Shown piece by piece: positions 24,538 through 32,410 of a stretch of DNA of 32,868 nucleotides. Under the pieces are notes generated by a model that was not told the DNA's origin, did not search any database, and saw only the letters and a list, made by a program, of their open reading frames with translations. How positions within the stretch are numbered: the stretch's first letter is position 1; every line of letters starts with the position of its first letter. The position numbers were made by a program, and so were the translations under genes. This DNA comes from a virus, in the IMG/VR virus record IMGVR_UViG_3300045988_034103, one strand, 5' to 3'.

Positions 24538-25584
24538 ATGGGCGAACAATACAAGCAGTTGCAGTTTCGGGACAGACTGAAAATTGAAGCGCGTCTGAAT
24601 ATCGGATACAAGCCGAAGCAGATTGCCGCAGACCTCGGCGTACACGTCAGCACGATCTATCGGGAAGTGAAGCGCGGGACGTACACGCACATGAATTCAG
24701 ACCTGACAACGGATATTCGGTACAGCCCTGAAATTGCCGAGGCACGTTATCAAGAAAGCCTGTCAGCAAAGGGCGCGCCGCTGAAAATCGGAAAGAATCA
24801 TGCCGTCGCCGCGTTCATCGAAGATAAAATAATAAACGACGATTATTCCCCGGCGGCGGTCTGCGCGCTTCTGCATCAGGAAGAATTTGCGCATTTCGGT
24901 ATGACGTTCTGCCGCGCCACGCTTTACAAGTACATTGACGAGGGCGTATTTCTGGAACTGACCAACGCCGACCTCCCGGAAAAGGGCGAACGGAAAAAGG
25001 AATACAAGAAAGTCCGCCCGCGTCAGAAGCGGGAAAGCCGGGGAACGCCGATTGACGAACGCCCGGAGATCATCAACGAACGCAAAGAACCGGGGCATTG
25101 GGAAATGGATACCGTCGTAGGAAAGAAAAAGACAAAGGCGCGCTTGCTTGTGCTGTCTGAGCGGGTGACGCGCCGCGAGATCATCATACGCATAAAAGAC
25201 GGCAGAGCGGAAACCGTCGTGCAGGCGCTTGACCGGCTGGAACGGATTTACGGCGCGGCGTTCTATACGGTATTCAAGTCGATCACGGTTGACAACGGTT
25301 CGGAATTTGCGGATGCGGACGGAATCGCACGCAGCGCGATCAACGCCGAAGAAAAACGCACGGCGTTGTATTATTGTCATGCGTACTGCTCTTGCGAACG
25401 CGGAACGAACGAAAATATAAACCGCATGATTCGTCGGCGCTTCCCGAAAGGCACGGACTTTGAAGCCGTCACGGACGCGGACGTTGCCCGCGTGGAAGAT
25501 TGGATAAACAACTATCCCCGTGAAATCCTCGGTTTCCAGTCATCCGCGCAGATGTTCAGCGCCGCGTTCGCCGCCGCTGCATAG
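24538..25584 (+). CDS. IS30-family DDE transposase
   Basis: N-terminal HTH (IAADLGVHVSTIYREVKRG). DDE triad contexts HWEMDTV, ITVDNGSEF, CERGTNENINRMIRR. 348 aa. No terminal inverted repeats found by eye. Confidence 0.9.
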   Translation: MGEQYKQLQFRDRLKIEARLNIGYKPKQIAADLGVHVSTIYREVKRGTYTHMNSDLTTDIRYSPEIAEARYQESLSAKGAPLKIGKNHAVAAFIEDKIINDDYSPAAVCALLHQEEFAHFGMTFCRATLYKYIDEGVFLELTNADLPEKGERKKEYKKVRPRQKRESRGTPIDERPEIINERKEPGHWEMDTVVGKKKTKARLLVLSERVTRREIIIRIKDGRAETVVQALDRLERIYGAAFYTVFKSITVDNGSEFADADGIARSAINAEEKRTALYYCHAYCSCERGTNENINRMIRRRFPKGTDFEAVTDADVARVEDWINNYPREILGFQSSAQMFSAAFAAAA

Positions 25585-25668
25585 CCCCTGAAATGCACCT
25601 TGACAACGCCTTTTTGCCGAGGTAAAAAGGTATCATAAAAATATTTCTACTTTTTTCGCATTAAATAC

Positions 25669-25697
25669 TTGACATTTGCGGATGCGCCGTTTATTAT
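25669..25697 (+). promoter_or_regulatory. Putative early promoter (TTGACA-17-TATTAT) embedded in an imperfect inverted repeat
   Basis: -35 at 25669-25674, -10 at 25692-25697. Flanking arms TTTCGCA..TTAA (25654-25664) and TTAA.TGCGAAA (25697-25708). Confidence 0.5.
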
Positions 25698-25774
25698 TAA
25701 GTGCGAAAGAAGTTATTACTTCTGACGCGCTTATTTTTTATCCACAAAAACGCAGGAAACGGAGGCGATACGGA

Positions 25775-26020
25775 ATGAACAGCTACAATATCGGGCTTGA
25801 AGATCGGAAAATCATCGAAGAAATGTATAACGCGGGCGCGAAGCCGTGCGAAATCGCGGCGCGCATCGGCAAATGTCAAGCGACGATTTACCGGGAAATC
25901 AAGCGCGGAGAAGTGCCGGAACTGAACGCGCGCTGCCGCCCTGCATATCGGGCAGAAGTTGCAGAAAAGCGCGTGACCGAAGCATACCGCAAAAGAGGTC
26001 GCCGGAAAGCGACGGAATGA
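25775..26020 (+). CDS. Stand-alone HTH protein homologous to the IS30 transposase N-terminal DNA-binding domain
   Basis: 81 aa. LEDRKIIEEMYNAGAKPCEIAARIGKCQATIYREIKRGE...YRAEVAEKR parallels FRDRLKIEARLNIGYKPKQIAADLGVHVSTIYREVKRGT...YSPEIAEAR of the transposase. Confidence 0.7.
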   Translation: MNSYNIGLEDRKIIEEMYNAGAKPCEIAARIGKCQATIYREIKRGEVPELNARCRPAYRAEVAEKRVTEAYRKRGRRKATE

Positions 26021-26037
26021 AAAAGGAGGCTCATACC

Positions 26038-26259
26038 ATGAACGAAAAAACATTAACCTCGGAACAGCGCGCGACCCTGATAGCCTATATCCTGATGACT
26101 ACGAAAATGCGCGAGGAAGAAGCGGCGGCGTGGGAGAAATTAGCGGAAGAAAAAACCGCAGGCGGGCAACCGCGTTTTCAGCACGCGGCATCAAATGCGC
26201 AGTATTGGCGGGAACTACAAACGAAATTAACGGAAATCGTCGGGATTCTGGAGGCGTGA
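26038..26259 (+). CDS. Hypothetical protein
   Basis: RBS aaaggagg. 73 aa, helical-looking. No family recognised. Confidence 0.55.
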   Translation: MNEKTLTSEQRATLIAYILMTTKMREEEAAAWEKLAEEKTAGGQPRFQHAASNAQYWRELQTKLTEIVGILEA

Positions 26260-26260
26260 A

Positions 26261-26479
26261 ATGAACGTTTTTGACCGAATCACGGCAAGCCCGCAGGCGT
26301 TGGCGGATTTTCTGCAAGCGATTCCGGCGATCAATGCGCCGTGGGACGATGCTTTTCATCGCATCTACTGCGACCAGTGTGCGGCGGAAAACTGCGACAA
26401 CTGCCCGAATGAAGCCCTTCGGGGCAGCGCGCTTTGGTATTTGACGCTTCCGGTGAAAAGCTGTAAGGAGGGTCAATAA
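26261..26479 (+). CDS. Hypothetical Cys-rich protein
   Basis: 72 aa. CDQCAAENCDNCPNE cluster. Tightly packed with neighbouring genes. Confidence 0.55.
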   Translation: MNVFDRITASPQALADFLQAIPAINAPWDDAFHRIYCDQCAAENCDNCPNEALRGSALWYLTLPVKSCKEGQ

Positions 26480-26638
26480 ATGGGGGCTGATTTGGAACGT
26501 ACGGCGATTATGCGCCTGCAAGAAGCCGCGAATATGTCTGAACGGTTCTACAAAACGCCGCTGATTGTCACAACAAGCGGAGGAAAAGACAGCTCGGTTT
26601 GTGTTGCCCTTGCAGAGCGGGCAGGAATCGAAATTTGA
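26480..26638 (+). CDS. PAPS reductase-like (adenine-nucleotide alpha-hydrolase) protein, fragment 1 of a multiply frameshifted gene
   Basis: PLIVTTSGGKDSSVCVALAE (PP-loop SGGKDS). The frame is lost near 26631-26636. Below the ORF-track size cut-off. Confidence 0.7.
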   Translation: MGADLERTAIMRLQEAANMSERFYKTPLIVTTSGGKDSSVCVALAERAGIEI

Positions 26639-26707
26639 AGTCATGCACAATCACACAACGGTTGACGCGCCGGAAACAGTTTATTTCATCCGCAACGAAC
26701 TAAAAGA

Positions 26708-26926
26708 TTGGAGCAAAAAGGCATTAGATGTTCTATAAATTACCCGTATTACAAGGGCGAACGGGTTACAATGTGGAGTTTAATTCCGCAAAAACTTATG
26801 CCGCCCACGCGGTTAGCACGGTATTGCTGTTCAATCTTAAAGGAGCAAGGCGGACAGGGGCGGTACATTACAACGGGCGTGCGATGGGCGGAAAGCACAA
26901 AACGCAAGCAAAGGGGGCATTTATGA
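26708..26926 (+). CDS. PAPS reductase-like protein, fragment 3 (fragment 2, EFEVMHNHTTVDAPETVYFIRNELK, lies at about 26634-26705 in another frame)
   Basis: ...MWSLIPQKLMPPTRLARYCCSILKEQGGQGRYITTGVRWAES. The frame is lost again at G5 26913-26917. Confidence 0.7.
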   Translation: MEQKGIRCSINYPYYKGERVTMWSLIPQKLMPPTRLARYCCSILKEQGGQGRYITTGVRWAESTKRKQRGHL

Positions 26927-27005
26927 GGACATATCAAGCGGAAAGAGCGAAAGGGTAATTATCAGCAATGACAACGATGACCGCCGCAGGCTCTTTGAAT
27001 CATGT

Positions 27006-27377
27006 ATGCGTCAGCGCAAAGCGGTCTGCAATCCGATTATTGACTGGAAGGATTCGGACGTTTGGGACTATATCGAATCCGAAAAAATCCCGGTAAACCC
27101 GCTTTACAAGTGTGGTTACTCCCGCGTTGGGTGCGTCGGCTGCCCTATGGCTGGAAAAGCAGGCAGGAACGCAGAGTTTGCCCGCTATCCGAAATATCAG
27201 GAAGCGTATATACGAGCGTTCGGGCGAATGCTGGAAGAACGGAAGCGGCGAGGAAGGACAACAACGCAAAGTTGGGAAACCGGGCGGGACGTGTTTCATT
27301 GGTGGATAGAGGACGGCGTTTTACCGGGGCAGATTGAACTTGACGATCTTCTTTCCGACGAGGACTATGACGAATGA
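27006..27377 (+). CDS. PAPS reductase-like protein, C-terminal fragment (homology in this frame starts near 26915)
   Basis: CNPIIDWKDSDVWDYIESEKIPVNPLYKCGYSRVGCVGCPMAG is the characteristic C-terminal region of phage PAPS reductase-like proteins. Confidence 0.75.
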   Translation: MRQRKAVCNPIIDWKDSDVWDYIESEKIPVNPLYKCGYSRVGCVGCPMAGKAGRNAEFARYPKYQEAYIRAFGRMLEERKRRGRTTTQSWETGRDVFHWWIEDGVLPGQIELDDLLSDEDYDE

Positions 27378-27592
27378 CCCGCGCGGACTATACGCGGACG
27401 TGTGCCGGATGCGGAAGCGTCGTAACGGAAGATTGGGTAAATGGTCAAAAGTGTTTCAGATGCTATGAGCCGGGGCAAACGTGCGGTTACATCGTCGGCA
27501 TTGAACGGTTTCTGCCGTACGTCCCGGCATGGTGTCCAAAAATGGGCGGCTGCTTACGACCGCCGGAAAGATACGAGGTACAAAAGACATGA
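27374..27592 (+). CDS. Hypothetical zinc-ribbon-like protein
   Basis: 72 aa. CAGCG...CFRC plus further Cys. ATGA overlaps at both ends. Confidence 0.55.
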   Translation: MTRADYTRTCAGCGSVVTEDWVNGQKCFRCYEPGQTCGYIVGIERFLPYVPAWCPKMGGCLRPPERYEVQKT

Positions 27593-28032
27593 AAAAGCTG
27601 TATTCAAAGCAATTCGGCAGCGAGGTCTACGCGCTTGCGCCGGAACAGTTGAAAGTATTCGCGTCGAGCGGGTACGAAGTCCCAACGCCGGAAGCCGTCA
27701 TTGCAGACGCGGGCGCTATCCGCATCGTTCCCCCGGCAGGAAAGCGCGCGTATGCGGTATTCAAATTCACGACAGGCGCTTTTGTCGTTCGCACGTCCGC
27801 CGAAACGATGACGATGCAGGACGTCGGCGCGTTCGTCGGTGAGGTCGTGCAAGCGGCTATCGTCTGCAAGCTGGCGGAAAACGCTGACCCGGACAGACCG
27901 AAGCCGGAAGCGGCGGGCGGTCAAATCGCGTCGGCGGTCGCGGCGCTGACGGCGGCGATCAGGCGGGCGACCTGCGAAGCGCACGCGGGCGGCGATCAGG
28001 CAGCGGCGGAAAGCCCGGAGGTAACGGAATGA
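27589..28032 (+). CDS. Hypothetical protein
   Basis: 147 aa. ATGA overlap with the upstream gene. No family recognised. Confidence 0.55.
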   Translation: MKKLYSKQFGSEVYALAPEQLKVFASSGYEVPTPEAVIADAGAIRIVPPAGKRAYAVFKFTTGAFVVRTSAETMTMQDVGAFVGEVVQAAIVCKLAENADPDRPKPEAAGGQIASAVAALTAAIRRATCEAHAGGDQAAAESPEVTE

Positions 28033-28418
28033 CATTCGGAACGTGTAGGTACTGCGGGCAAGTCGTGAATCTGGACTGCGAAGAAGAAACGCAGGCGGAA
28101 GCCGATATTGCCGCTTCCGAAAAATGCGAATGCTACGACGCACGGCATGAACGGAATCTGCGCAAGCAGATCACGGCGGCGCAAAACCGCATTCGCAAGA
28201 TTTTCGGGGACGATGCTGCAAAACTGGGCTTTGCCCCGATTGCTGCCGAAGAACCGCTGCAACTCCTGAACGCTATCGCGGAGCAGACCGCACGCGGGTT
28301 TATCACGTCGGCTACGATCAACGTGCGCGGGCTTTGCAAGGCGAAAATCACGATGACCACAAAAGAGAAAATCAAGGTCGAGCGCAGCGAAACGAAAACG
28401 TACCAGTTGGAGGAATGA
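28029..28418 (+). CDS. Hypothetical protein with N-terminal Cys cluster
   Basis: 129 aa. CRYCGQ...C...CEC. Overlapping start and stop with neighbours. Confidence 0.55.
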   Translation: MTFGTCRYCGQVVNLDCEEETQAEADIAASEKCECYDARHERNLRKQITAAQNRIRKIFGDDAAKLGFAPIAAEEPLQLLNAIAEQTARGFITSATINVRGLCKAKITMTTKEKIKVERSETKTYQLEE

Positions 28419-28424
28419 CGGCAA

Positions 28425-29047
28425 ATGAACGAAGCGTATAACATTGACTGCATGGAATTTATGCGCCGCGTTCCGAGTAAATATTTCGATTTGGCGGTTG
28501 TAGACCCGCCGTACGGGATTGAAAAGGGGTTCAAGGCGACAAGCCGGGTTAGGCGCTACGGGCAGACAAAGACCGCGAACGACGATAAACCGACGGCGGA
28601 ATACTTCACCGAACTGTTCCGTGTCAGCAAGAATCAGATTATTTGGGGCTACAATCACTTGTCGGATTTGCTGCCGCCGATGAAGGAATTCATTTTCTGG
28701 TACAAGCGTCAGCCCGTGGACAGCTATTCCGACGGCGAATTAGCATGGACGAGTTTCAATAAAACGGCGAAATGCTTTGACCATGCGTATTTCGGGAACG
28801 TCGGCGCGGATGACGTGCGGATTCATCCCATGCAAAAGCCGGTTGCGCTGTATTTGTGGCTTTACGCGAAATACGCGCATCCATACGACAAGATTTTTTG
28901 GATTCACACCTTGGGAGCGGGTCAAGCCGAATTGCCGCTTACGATATGGCGCTTGATTTCATCGGGTGCGAGATCGACGCAGATTATTTTCAGAAGCAAG
29001 AACAACGTTTTGAAGAACATACAGCGCAGCAGCGGTTATTCCTATGA
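28425..29047 (+). CDS. DNA N6-adenine (N6/N4 family) methyltransferase, frameshifted at T6 28894-28899
   Basis: Motif IV VVDPPYG near the N-terminus. After the shift, ORF 28856-29047 reads LDSHLGSGSSRIAAYDMALDFIGCEID (motif I). The track ORF 28425-29075 ends in out-of-frame sequence. Confidence 0.8.
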
Positions 29048-29068
29048 CCGCCGCAAGGAGGGTACATC

Positions 29069-29266
29069 ATGGTAACAATCGGATGCGGCAGGACGGTCAA
29101 GCCCGTCACGTTCAGCGTCTTAGGCAAAGACGGCAAAGATAAAGCCGTTCGGGGTACGGTTTCGTACATCCATCCGGCGCGCCGCTATTGCATTCTTGAA
29201 TTTGCCGTGCGGGGCGGCATTCTCCGCGAATCATTCCAACTGATAGACGGCGAAATTGCCGAATAG
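29069..29266 (+). CDS. Hypothetical protein
   Basis: RBS aaggaggg. 65 aa. Confidence 0.5.
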   Translation: MVTIGCGRTVKPVTFSVLGKDGKDKAVRGTVSYIHPARRYCILEFAVRGGILRESFQLIDGEIAE

Positions 29267-29284
29267 AGAAAGGCAGGGGCTTAC

Positions 29285-29476
29285 ATGGAACGCAGACCTA
29301 TGAAGCTATACCTCGTCAGACACGCCGAATACGGCGAAACAACTGCAAACGGGCGCTGCAAATATGATGCGATCATCGCCGCCGCGCGGCAATGGCGCGC
29401 CCGATGGACGCAGATAGCCCGCGAATGTGAATTTATTGTGCTTGCCGAAGAAGAAGCGGCAGGCACAGAGCAATGA
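29285..29476 (+). CDS. Hypothetical protein
   Basis: 63 aa. The stop overlaps the start of the next gene (ATGA). Confidence 0.5.
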   Translation: MERRPMKLYLVRHAEYGETTANGRCKYDAIIAAARQWRARWTQIARECEFIVLAEEEAAGTEQ

Positions 29477-30159
29477 CCGCGCAGCAGCGGCGGAAACGCC
29501 GCATGATACGCCGGTTCGCGCCGACGGTTGCGCTGTGCGCCGTCATCACAATCATTGCGGCGGCTTGTGTCTGCGCGCTGGCGCGCCCGGTAGAGCGGGA
29601 CACACAGCCGGTAACAGCAAACACGGAAACAGTCGCCGCAGCAACAAAAATCGCCCCTGCGATCACAAAAGCGACGGAGCAGATCACGAAAACGCCGGAA
29701 ACGATCACGCCGGAAGCGCCGGAAGAAACAGAGCCGGAAGAACAGCCGGAGGAAGCGCCGGAAGAAATCAGCCGTTATGCGGCGCTGAACGTCACGGAGG
29801 ACGATATTGATATGCTGGCAGCGCTTGCATGGCACGAAGCGCGCGGCGAACCGTTTGACGGGCAAGTTGCCGCTGTCCTGACTGCGCTGAACCGCTGCTT
29901 GTCGCCGGAATTCCCGGATACGGTCGAAGAGGTCGTTTTCCAAAAATACGGGGACGTTTGGCAATTCAGCCCCGCGCCGTATCTTTGGACAGCAGAACCG
30001 ACACAGACGCAGTACGACGCAGTTTATACCGCGCTGCACGACACAGATTACATTCTTCCCGCCGAAGCGGTATTTTTCAGCACAAAGGCATACAACGACA
30101 ATATCGTTGCAGTCATCGGAAATCACATCTTTTGTTCTATTGAGGAGGTCACACAATGA
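29473..30159 (+). CDS. SleB/CwlJ-like cell-wall hydrolase (Hydrolase_2) with N-terminal membrane anchor and Pro/Glu/Thr-rich linker
   Basis: TM FAPTVALCAVITIIAAACVCAL. Linker TPETITPEAPEETEPEEQPEEAPEE. Catalytic-domain pattern MLAALAWHEARGEPFDGQVAAVLTALNRCLSPEFPDTVEEVVFQ...QFS. Confidence 0.75.
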   Translation: MTAQQRRKRRMIRRFAPTVALCAVITIIAAACVCALARPVERDTQPVTANTETVAAATKIAPAITKATEQITKTPETITPEAPEETEPEEQPEEAPEEISRYAALNVTEDDIDMLAALAWHEARGEPFDGQVAAVLTALNRCLSPEFPDTVEEVVFQKYGDVWQFSPAPYLWTAEPTQTQYDAVYTALHDTDYILPAEAVFFSTKAYNDNIVAVIGNHIFCSIEEVTQ

Positions 30160-30794
30160 AAATCACACGCAGGACAGAGCAAGAAATCAATATTTCGGAA
30201 CTGAAAGCGGCGATCAAGGAGGGGCGCGGGCTGGAGGTCATCCGCCCGCACGACGAAATCACGCTTGCGCTTGACACGGGCGAAACGATTACGCCGGTTT
30301 GCGGCTACGTCGGCAAGCATAGCGCCCGATTTGTTTTCAAAGATTGCCTCCGCGAAATGTGGCAGATGAACAAGACCATGACCAACAAGGGCGGATATTT
30401 CAGAAGCGAAGCCCGCAGACACGTCCTCGAAGATATTCTGCCGCATTTGCCCGCCGAACTGCGCGAAGCGATCACGCCGCGACACTTATGCGAGGAAATC
30501 GACGGCGAAACGTACGAATATTTTGATTCGTTGTGGTTGCCGTCGGCAACGGACGTTTTCGGCAATGACCCGGATGGATGGTGGAAAGAAGAAACAGACA
30601 GCTTCCAGTTACCTATTTTCAAAGCGGAACGCGACCGCGTGAAGGAAGTTCCCGGAAACGGCACATATCCGTACTGGCTCCGTTCCCCGTTTGCCGGCAG
30701 TTCCGCGATTTTCGTGGGTGTGTATACTGACGGCACGGTCGACAGCGGCAGCGCGGGCTACTCGTGTGGCTTTGCCCCCGGCTTTGATTTGTAA
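30156..30794 (+). CDS. DGR target protein 2 (remote): 212-aa DUF6273-like protein with C-terminal variable region
   Basis: ATGA-coupled to the hydrolase gene. C-terminus YWLRSPFAGSSAIFVGVYTDGTVDSGSAGYSCGFAPGFDL is encoded by VR2. No signal peptide or TM segment evident. Confidence 0.88.
   Translation: MKITRRTEQEINISELKAAIKEGRGLEVIRPHDEITLALDTGETITPVCGYVGKHSARFVFKDCLREMWQMNKTMTNKGGYFRSEARRHVLEDILPHLPAELREAITPRHLCEEIDGETYEYFDSLWLPSATDVFGNDPDGWWKEETDSFQLPIFKAERDRVKEVPGNGTYPYWLRSPFAGSSAIFVGVYTDGTVDSGSAGYSCGFAPGFDL
30675..30785 (+). repeat. DGR variable region 2 (VR2)
   Basis: Ungapped alignment to TR 18429-18539 (offset 12246). I count 18 mismatches, all opposite TR adenines. The pattern differs from VR1. 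Confidence 0.9.
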
Positions 30795-30835
30795 AATTCG
30801 GAATTCAAAACTTCCCCGGCTCAATGCCGGGGAAG
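30795..30835 (+). other. Post-VR2 conserved 14-mer AATTCGGAATTCAA plus hairpin
   Basis: 14-mer at 30795-30808. Stem CTTCCCCGGC (30811-20), loop TCAAT (30821-25), stem GCCGGGGAAG (30826-35). Confidence 0.65.
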
Positions 30836-30861
30836 TAGCCGCAAGGAGGCAAGACCATACC

Positions 30862-31761
30862 ATGAATATAGGGCTTATCGACGTAGATAGCCACAATTTC
30901 CCGAATCTTGCGCTTATGAAGATTTCCGCATTCCACAAATCGCACGGCGATCATGTCGAGTGGTGGTGGGGATTCGGTGACTACGACATTGTTTATATGT
31001 CGAAGGTGTTTGACGATACATATTCAAAAGACGTTGACGAACCATTGAATGCAAGGAAAATCATAAAAGGCGGAACGGGATACGGACTTAACGGCAATCT
31101 GCCGAAAGAAATCGAACACATTTACCCTGATTATTCCCTATACCCGGAATTGACGAAAGACACAGCATACGGGTTTCTGACAAGAGGTTGCCCACGACAC
31201 TGTTCTTTTTGCATCGTTGGCGACAAAGAGGGCTTGCGGAGCAGAAAAGTCGCAGACTTGTCGGAATGGTGGCACGGGCAGCGATATATAAAGCTGCTTG
31301 ACCCGAATATAACAGCCTGCAAAGATCAGCTTGACCTTCTGCGGCAACTGGCAGATAGTGGCGCGTGGGTCGATTTTACGCAAGGCGTTGACTGCCGGAC
31401 ATTGACGAAGGAAATCATTCTGTCCCTGAACGCCGTGAAAACGAAAATGATTCATTTTGCGTGGGATTTCATGGAACAGTCTGACGCAGTAGTGAAAGGA
31501 CTTGAATTATACGCGCAGCACGGCACGATCACGGACGAACGAAAACGCCGGGTCTACGTGCTTACGAACTACAATACGACGCAGGCGGAAAATCTACATA
31601 GGATTTACACATTGCGGAGCATGGGCTATGACCCATACATTATGATCTACGACAAGCCCCATGCACCGCGTGAAATACGACTTTTGCAAAGATGGGTAAA
31701 CAACAAGATCATTTTCAGGAAATGCGAACGCTTTGAAGATTACGACCCGAAGCGGCGCTGA
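30862..31761 (+). CDS. Radical SAM protein (phage-type, function unknown)
   Basis: RBS aaggagg. CxxxCxxC cluster in LTRGCPRHCSFCIV. 299 aa. Confidence 0.8.
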   Translation: MNIGLIDVDSHNFPNLALMKISAFHKSHGDHVEWWWGFGDYDIVYMSKVFDDTYSKDVDEPLNARKIIKGGTGYGLNGNLPKEIEHIYPDYSLYPELTKDTAYGFLTRGCPRHCSFCIVGDKEGLRSRKVADLSEWWHGQRYIKLLDPNITACKDQLDLLRQLADSGAWVDFTQGVDCRTLTKEIILSLNAVKTKMIHFAWDFMEQSDAVVKGLELYAQHGTITDERKRRVYVLTNYNTTQAENLHRIYTLRSMGYDPYIMIYDKPHAPREIRLLQRWVNNKIIFRKCERFEDYDPKRR

Positions 31762-31772
31762 CGGAGGCTGAA

Positions 31773-32006
31773 ATGAACAAATACATTGGAAAAATCATCA
31801 TCGTCACAAATATGCGGAAAATCCCGCGTTCGTGCGCGGAATGCGGATACTATGACGGCATGGGAAACCGCCCCGGCGGGCGCTACAACGATGGCATTTG
31901 CACAGCGGGCGCGTCGATTTACAGCACACGCGGCATTCGGGTAACAAAAGAACGGCTGAAAAACTGCCCGCTGCACATGATCGGGAGGGCTGACGATGGA
32001 TTTTGA
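31773..32006 (+). CDS. Hypothetical Cys-rich protein
   Basis: 77 aa. CAECGYYDG...C...CPLH. Confidence 0.5.
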   Translation: MNKYIGKIIIVTNMRKIPRSCAECGYYDGMGNRPGGRYNDGICTAGASIYSTRGIRVTKERLKNCPLHMIGRADDGF

Positions 32007-32406
32007 TTATTCCGGGCTATACGTATGTGACCCACAGAAAAACACGCTATGCAACAAGCGAAATTGCGGAAACCCCTGCACGATGACCCGCCACAAGGAA
32101 TTTGCAAAAGATGGAGGAACAGATATGAACGTGCAACGTGCGATTGAAATTCTGAATCCCGCGCATCGGGAACATTACGAAAGCATTGAACCGGTAAACG
32201 AAGCCTGCCGCATGGGGATTGCGGCGTTGTCGTACCGCGTTCGGGAAAAACCGGAATACCTTCCAGCGCACCCCGCGCCCACTTTAGCCTGCAAGCGGTG
32301 CGGCAGCGTCAAACACTTGCACAATGCAGACGGCGCGCAGAACGCATTCTGCGGGCAATGCGGACAGGCTATTGACTGGACGGATGCGGCGGAGAGGGAC
32401 GCATAA
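31996..32406 (+). CDS. Hypothetical protein with C-terminal zinc-ribbon (CKRCG...CGQCG)
   Basis: 136 aa. Followed by a strong terminator. Confidence 0.55.
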   Translation: MDFDYSGLYVCDPQKNTLCNKRNCGNPCTMTRHKEFAKDGGTDMNVQRAIEILNPAHREHYESIEPVNEACRMGIAALSYRVREKPEYLPAHPAPTLACKRCGSVKHLHNADGAQNAFCGQCGQAIDWTDAAERDA

Positions 32407-32410
32407 AAAA

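Noticed and set aside
24479-25660. Attempt to delimit the IS30 element by terminal inverted repeats
   Set aside because: Only a short direct match (CCTTTTTGC) and an AT-rich hairpin (25609-25630) were found, with no convincing IR pair by eye. Boundaries are therefore left undefined and no mobile_element feature is claimed.
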